This document shows, piece after piece, positions 7,934 through 12,439 of a stretch of DNA of 12,439 bases. A program made the position numbers and the translations under genes. Origin of the DNA: Promethearchaeota archaeon. GTDB taxonomy: Archaea; Asgardarchaeota; Lokiarchaeia; Sigyniarchaeales; SOKP01. How positions within the stretch are numbered: position 1 is the first letter of the stretch; the number at the start of each line of letters is the position of its first letter. Location: the NCBI GenBank assembly GCA_048939015.1, contig JBHLPW010000089.1, forward strand, positions 1 through 12,439, given 5' to 3'. The notes beneath the pieces are model-generated. The model was not told where the DNA came from and searched no databases. It saw nothing but the letters and a program-made list of their open reading frames with translations.

Positions 7934-8818
7934 ATGTCACTTGAAAAAAGAAGAGAACCTAAAAGAAGCAAAGAAAAAGAAGTTCTACAGGATAGTTCAT
8001 TTAGGCGTACTGATTTTAGACCACTTCAAGTAGAAGAGAAAGAAGAGGAGCCACCAGAAGTAATTGTTGATGAATTAAATGAAATTGAAAAAGATGTATT
8101 AGAAATCGCAAGTGATATATTAAAATTAAAACGATATGAAACAGAATTTGAAATTGAATCAGAAAGCCAAATTCAGAAGTATCCAATTATCGAAAAATTA
8201 TATGCTAAATGCATTGCAAAACTCTCCTATAGAAAAGGATATAGTAAGGAAGAAATTTTCTTAGCAATTCGGAGTTTAGAAGAAAAATCATATATTGTCA
8301 CGAATGAGAGAAGAACTAAATTGGAAATACTTACAAACGAAAAATTAGTAAGTATACTTAATTTCATAAAAGAAAATCCTGGAATTCATGCCAGAGATGA
8401 AAAAATCGAAAGTGAACTAGAGATTACAAGAACTCCATTTTTGAAACATGTGATGACTCTTGAAAGATTTAAACTTGTTCGCTCAAAAAGAATAGGGAAG
8501 TCGTTGCATTATTTTCTGAGTGATTTAGCAGAAGATTATGATAAATATAAGGTTATCTTTTTAAATCCTCTGATTCCTCAAATCTTAGAAGAACTCTTTA
8601 GAGATGAAGCAATATCAATTTCAGAAATCGGAAATACTCTTGATATGTATTCTGGGACAATATTATATCATGTTAAGAAGTTAAAAGAATTAGATATAAT
8701 CAAATCCGCCAAAAATCAATCGAATAAGAAAATTCATCTTGTAAATGTTGAGCTATTAAAGAAATATAATGATTTTTTTAAAGAACCAGATTTTGGCAAA
8801 TTGCTTAAAGGTCTATAA
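7934..8818 (+). CDS. Multi-winged-helix transcriptional regulator (ArsR-like tandem wHTH, COG3398-like, with an extra N-terminal wHTH-like domain)
   Basis: ILNFIKENPGIH...LKHVMTLERFKLVRSKRIGKSLHYF and ILEELFRDEAISISEIGNTLDMYSGTILYHVKKLKELDII are typical tandem archaeal wHTH domains. YSKEEIFLAIRSLEEKSYIV suggests a third. It starts 2 nt after the upstream stop. Confidence 0.85.
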   Translation: MSLEKRREPKRSKEKEVLQDSSFRRTDFRPLQVEEKEEEPPEVIVDELNEIEKDVLEIASDILKLKRYETEFEIESESQIQKYPIIEKLYAKCIAKLSYRKGYSKEEIFLAIRSLEEKSYIVTNERRTKLEILTNEKLVSILNFIKENPGIHARDEKIESELEITRTPFLKHVMTLERFKLVRSKRIGKSLHYFLSDLAEDYDKYKVIFLNPLIPQILEELFRDEAISISEIGNTLDMYSGTILYHVKKLKELDIIKSAKNQSNKKIHLVNVELLKKYNDFFKEPDFGKLLKGL

Positions 8819-9396
8819 TTTAATGAAAATACTTTAAGGTTTAATGGCGGATTTAAGTAAAATTTCTTATATATTAATTATTTTCCCAATTTCTATATAG
8901 TCATGCTAGAAGTCTATTCTATTACAAATTTTTTATACTAATTAATTTTAGATTACTATTTGAAAATTTATCCAATAATCTGTGGTTAAAATTAAACACA
9001 ATTTTTTAAGGAAAGGACGTGTATTTTCATCAATTAAGAAAGTCTCAATTTTTACCAGTAAATCGTCTTGGAGCTACATTTTTTGAAAATGTATTAATAA
9101 AATCTAATTAAGAATAATAGTCTCAAATTTGGAAAAAATATGATTATTCGATTGTAAGATAATTCATTACTTTATACAAGTATAAACAAAAGAAGAAAAA
9201 GAATTGCTAATGAAATGTATTTAAGAACTATTTATCATTATAAAAGAAAAAATCTGAAAAAAAATCCTACTTCTTTTTATACATAACATAAAATTTTTAT
9301 TTATTTTTTTTTATTAGTAATACAAAATCTTTCAATGTAGTAATTCTATGTTTTTAAATTATTACCTTACTATAAACTATTAATAATAATATGAAT

Positions 9397-9410
9397 GTAA
9401 AATTTAAATA
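9397..9410 (+). promoter_or_regulatory. Putative BRE/TATA promoter of the 9437-11669 cassette
   Basis: GTAAAA-TTTAAATA, with the TATA-like box at 9403-9410 ending 26 nt before the ATG at 9437. This spacing is usual for leaderless or short-leader archaeal transcripts, but the background is very AT-rich. Confidence 0.35.
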
Positions 9411-9436
9411 AAATTATAGATAGAGATAAGAGAAAA

Positions 9437-10747
9437 ATGAAAAGCATTAAAGATTTATTACCTGATAAAAAAATACCGGATTTAATCCATATTTGTAAAA
9501 ATCTCGGTCTAAGAGGGTATACAAATCTTAGGAAAGAAGGGATTATTAACTTAATTAATGAGAATGTGAGAAACCCGCAAGTTCAAGAAACTATAAAATT
9601 TTCGATACCCGACAATGGAACTGTTGCCTTAATTCTGAAAAGTCTCATAGAGAATAAAAATGAAGTAAAATATAGGGATCTAAGGAATGAAGTATTAGAA
9701 AATCGATCGGGTTCAACTTTTAGAGACAATTATCGAACACTGTTAGCACAATCTTTTATTTTTGAGGACGAGAAGTCTGAGGAAGATATCCTTTATTTAC
9801 CTAAGGAATTTTCCAATATTGCCAAAGAAATAATCGAAAAAAGAATTCAAGAAGAAGAACCCGAACTTGAAATTGAGATCGCAAATGAGGAGGAAGAAAA
9901 AGAAGAAAAAATACTTACCTCAATTGACCAATTATTATATTCAAAAAAATATACGAGTGTAAGTGGGATTCAAAAGGAATTGATGGAAAGGAATTTAAAG
10001 ATATCTGGAACCAAGGATCAATTGATTGACAGATTGTTATATGAATCAAATGAGCCTATTCAAAACATTTTAGGTCTCTTATTTGGAAAGATTGAATTAA
10101 AAGAAATTTGTAGGGAATTTGATCTACTTGTATCTGGAACTAAAGAAACTTTAATTGATAGAATTTTGGAAAAATTACCTCCCGCTCATCCAGATAAAGT
10201 TAAATCACCAGTTCAAGAAATTGAGTCTGAAGAAAAGATTATGATTAAAGAAGTCACAGGTGTTGCTTCTGGGTTAGCAGAAGAAAAAATATCTGAAATT
10301 CAACCTGTCAAACCAATCCAAGAGGTAGAACCACAAATAAGGATTGTTGAAACCATATTTAATGATCTCAATAATGCATGGATTGATTATAAATCAATTA
10401 CAGATAATAAAAGTCTAGCAGGAATGATTAATACAAGACTTCGAAATCTACCAAGCTTAAGAGAGGCGGAGATTCATAGGATTGATAAAGCCCGTGAAGA
10501 ACCTCTCATTACTATAGAAAAAGAAGGTGAAGTTGTAGTTGTCTTTGTCTGGTATTTCGATAAGAGTAAGGGGTATAAAACACAAATGCAAAAGATCACA
10601 TTTGGAATTATGACATATAGTGCTCAGATTAGTAAAGATGTAATTTGTTATATTTATGACCCAGAACCAAAGCTTTCAGAGGAAGATATAGGAACATTTA
10701 GCTCTCTCTCACTTGTTATTCGTAAAACTGAAAGAGAATTTAAATGA
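9437..10747 (+). CDS. Multidomain nucleic-acid-binding protein: Rho-N/HEH-like, wHTH-like, two SAP domains and a C-terminal inactive PD-(D/E)XK-like domain
   Basis: KKIPDLIHICKNLGLRGYTNLRKEGIINLI is HEH/Rho-N-like. SVSGIQKELMERNLKISGTKDQLIDRL and GKIELKEICREFDLLVSGTKETLIDRI match the SAP consensus (LxxxLxxxxLxxSGxKxxLIxRL). The last ~134 aa align with the downstream nuclease but lack its catalytic residues. Confidence 0.8.
   Translation: MKSIKDLLPDKKIPDLIHICKNLGLRGYTNLRKEGIINLINENVRNPQVQETIKFSIPDNGTVALILKSLIENKNEVKYRDLRNEVLENRSGSTFRDNYRTLLAQSFIFEDEKSEEDILYLPKEFSNIAKEIIEKRIQEEEPELEIEIANEEEEKEEKILTSIDQLLYSKKYTSVSGIQKELMERNLKISGTKDQLIDRLLYESNEPIQNILGLLFGKIELKEICREFDLLVSGTKETLIDRILEKLPPAHPDKVKSPVQEIESEEKIMIKEVTGVASGLAEEKISEIQPVKPIQEVEPQIRIVETIFNDLNNAWIDYKSITDNKSLAGMINTRLRNLPSLREAEIHRIDKAREEPLITIEKEGEVVVVFVWYFDKSKGYKTQMQKITFGIMTYSAQISKDVICYIYDPEPKLSEEDIGTFSSLSLVIRKTEREFK
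10003..10162 (+). repeat. Intragenic tandem SAP-domain duplication, 129-nt (43 aa) period
   Basis: ATCTGGAACCAAGGATCAATTGATTGACAGA (10003-10033) versus ATCTGGAACTAAAGAAACTTTAATTGATAGA (10132-10162), encoding SGTKDQLIDR and SGTKETLIDR. Confidence 0.75.
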
Positions 10748-10757
10748 GTAGAAAAGA

Positions 10758-11165
10758 TTGATGAAACAACTTCTATTAGATGTTATTGAAAATTTAAATG
10801 ATATCGATATTTATAAAATAACTCACATCGAAAATGAAACAGAATTTGAAAAATTTATTTATAATCGGTTAGATAAAATCCTCGATAAAAAAATCAATTT
10901 AATGACACAATCCAGATCATACAAAGAGGGTCGTGAAGTAAGACCAGATATAGTTATCGGAAAAGATGACATCTTAATAGAGTTAAAATATGATTTAAAG
11001 GGTGTTAATGATATTTATCGGCTCTACTATCAAGCAGTTAAATATTCCAAAAGAGCTAATTATGCTTTAATTCTATGTGTCCATGATCCTGCTAAATTGT
11101 TATTAAGAAGTGATATTAATGATTTAGAGAGCGTAGAAAAAGTCAAAGTGATACAAATTTATTGA
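10758..11165 (+). CDS. Stand-alone PD-(D/E)XK nuclease (restriction-endonuclease fold, resembling the REase_DpnII-MboI-like group)
   Basis: Helix Glu in NETEFE, RPDIVI (PD), ILIELK (ExK), QAVKYS (QxxxY) and the C-terminal strand LILCVHDP. The start is TTG at 10758 or ATG at 10761. Confidence 0.85.
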   Translation: MMKQLLLDVIENLNDIDIYKITHIENETEFEKFIYNRLDKILDKKINLMTQSRSYKEGREVRPDIVIGKDDILIELKYDLKGVNDIYRLYYQAVKYSKRANYALILCVHDPAKLLLRSDINDLESVEKVKVIQIY

Positions 11166-11174
11166 GGATTTACA

Positions 11175-11669
11175 TTGCCTATAAAAAAATATATCTCAAG
11201 ACCAATATTTTCTTTTATTTTAAGCGAGAAATTGGAATTGAAATTGAAAGAATATATTAATTCAAAAAATCAGCAAGAAATAGCAGGCGGATTAATCGGA
11301 GACATTAAAGGTGGAGAAAAAAATAATATTATATTTGATATAAAGAAGTTTTTACCTTTTCCTAATTTGTCTCAAGATCCTAAAAATTTTGCGATTCCTC
11401 CTCAATCATGGTTCGAGATACTTGATGATTGGCGATTTTTTTATCATAATGAGTATAAATTCTTAGGTTTTTTACATACGCATCCAGAGAGTTCCTCTAA
11501 ATTAAGCAAACAAGATGAACAATTTGGTATTCTTTTAAAAAAAAAATACGGTTCAATTGTATTTATTATCATTGGAAAAAATAAATATCTTAGATGTTAT
11601 TGTTTTAATGATTATTCGATAGAACTAATAGAGGGTAGTTTAAAATATTACCGACTCATCCAGAAATGA
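11175..11669 (+). CDS. JAB/MPN+ (JAMM) metalloprotease
   Basis: Catalytic Glu in QEIAGGLIG and a complete HxH-x7-S-x2-D motif in LHTHPESSSKLSKQD. TTG start with GAGGA (11164-11168) overlapping the upstream stop. Confidence 0.9.
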   Translation: MPIKKYISRPIFSFILSEKLELKLKEYINSKNQQEIAGGLIGDIKGGEKNNIIFDIKKFLPFPNLSQDPKNFAIPPQSWFEILDDWRFFYHNEYKFLGFLHTHPESSSKLSKQDEQFGILLKKKYGSIVFIIIGKNKYLRCYCFNDYSIELIEGSLKYYRLIQK

Positions 11670-12173
11670 TATGATTTGTTATTATAAAATGTGATAAATT
11701 TTAAAAAACCAATTACTATTTCACTTAGGACAATTTCTAACACATTATATTTTGGATCTTACATTTTGGAAATATAAATTATTTTTGCTTATATCATGAT
11801 ATTTCTATAAAAATATTTTTATGTATTGATAATATAATTTTTAAATAACTTTAAATACACTGTCTTTTATACATCTCTTTTAAGTATTTTCTAGTTTTTT
11901 TTTCAGAAATAGAAATTAGAATATTTCAGAATAAGATTTTTAGGAAAATAAATTAGTGGGAAAAAAAAATCTTTTTAATTGGACAAAAAATTTTTTATCG
12001 AGATTTTATTTAATTGATTCTGTAAGATATTATTTTTAAAAGACCTTATTTGAAACGGTTATTCAAAACATATCAAATATATAGGTTCTTTGATTTTATT
12101 ATTATTAGGCATTTAATCATAAGACAAATGAAAAGAATATATATTTGTGTTTATAAATTCTTGGTTTATTAAT

Positions 12174-12439
12174 ATGAGTGATTACAATTTTATTGAAGAT
12201 TTTTCTTTGTGGGACCATCAAAAAGATGCATTAAGAAAAATTGTAGATTATATTGACTATTGTCAAAAAAATAATGATTTTTCGAAATCTGCTTTAGTTC
12301 ATATGCCAACAGGTAGTGGTAAATCTGGAGTTATTGCAACTCTATCTCGATTCTATTCTAAAGTTAATCATGTTTTAATATTAACTCCTAAGATCGCTCT
12401 TAGAGATCAGCTCTACAATGATATTAATGAGCGTTTTTT
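12174..12439 (+). CDS. Superfamily 2 helicase/ATPase (ResIII / DEAD-DEAH-like), N-terminal fragment cut by the window edge
   Basis: Not in the ORF track. Hand translation gives MSDYNFIEDFSLWDHQKDAL...SALVHMPTGSGKSGVI...VLILTPKIALRDQLYNDINERF, with a Q motif (LWDHQ), Walker A (MPTGSGKS) and motif Ia (LTPKIALRDQ). Open to the end of the window. Confidence 0.9.
   Translation, partial: MSDYNFIEDFSLWDHQKDALRKIVDYIDYCQKNNDFSKSALVHMPTGSGKSGVIATLSRFYSKVNHVLILTPKIALRDQLYNDINERF

Noticed and set aside
9019-9111. 30-codon GTG ORF (MYFHQLRKSQFLPVNRLGATFFENVLIKSN) with AAGGA upstream
   Set aside because: Too short and without a recognisable motif, so it could arise by chance. It would need conservation or ribosome profiling to be supported.
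9437-9570. Calling gene 9437 transcription termination factor Rho
   Set aside because: Only the short Rho-N-like HEH motif is present. There is no OB-fold RNA-binding domain or RecA-like ATPase with a Walker A motif.
9437-11669. Reading the cassette as CBASS, a Bil-type ubiquitin-like system or a Type II restriction-modification system
   Set aside because: No CD-NTase, SAVED/CARF sensor, E1/E2/Ubl or DNA methyltransferase motifs were seen in the window.
8819-12173. CRISPR array, tRNA/att site or transposon ends in the two long spacers (8819-9436 and 11670-12173)
   Set aside because: No regularly spaced repeats, no GC-paired cloverleaf and no convincing matching terminal repeats were found by eye. 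The short matches are explained by AT richness.

Overview
AT-rich, gene-dense window that is probably archaeal. A GGTGA Shine-Dalgarno site, TATA/BRE-like promoters, several TTG starts, a GTPase-like/solenoid fusion and zinc-ribbon membrane proteins suggest Asgard (Lokiarchaeia-like) origin; this is an inference. Two ORFs cut by the window edges are missing from the ORF track and were translated by hand. One is a >801 aa minus-strand protein (2405 to <1) with a degenerate Ras-like N-terminal domain and a TPR/SNAP-like solenoid. The other is the N-terminus of an SF2 (ResIII-like) helicase (12174 to >12439). The middle holds two tandem paralogs of unknown function, an ECF-S-like/DUF2085-like membrane fusion, an alpha/beta hydrolase, two zinc-ribbon membrane proteins and a multi-winged-helix regulator. 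The main candidate for an undescribed system is a compact three-gene cassette (9437-11669) isolated by long AT-rich spacers. It encodes (i) a HEH/SAP multi-domain protein ending in an apparently dead PD-(D/E)XK domain, (ii) a stand-alone paralogous PD-(D/E)XK nuclease with intact motifs, and (iii) a JAMM/MPN+ metalloprotease. No RNA genes, CRISPR arrays or transposases were seen.
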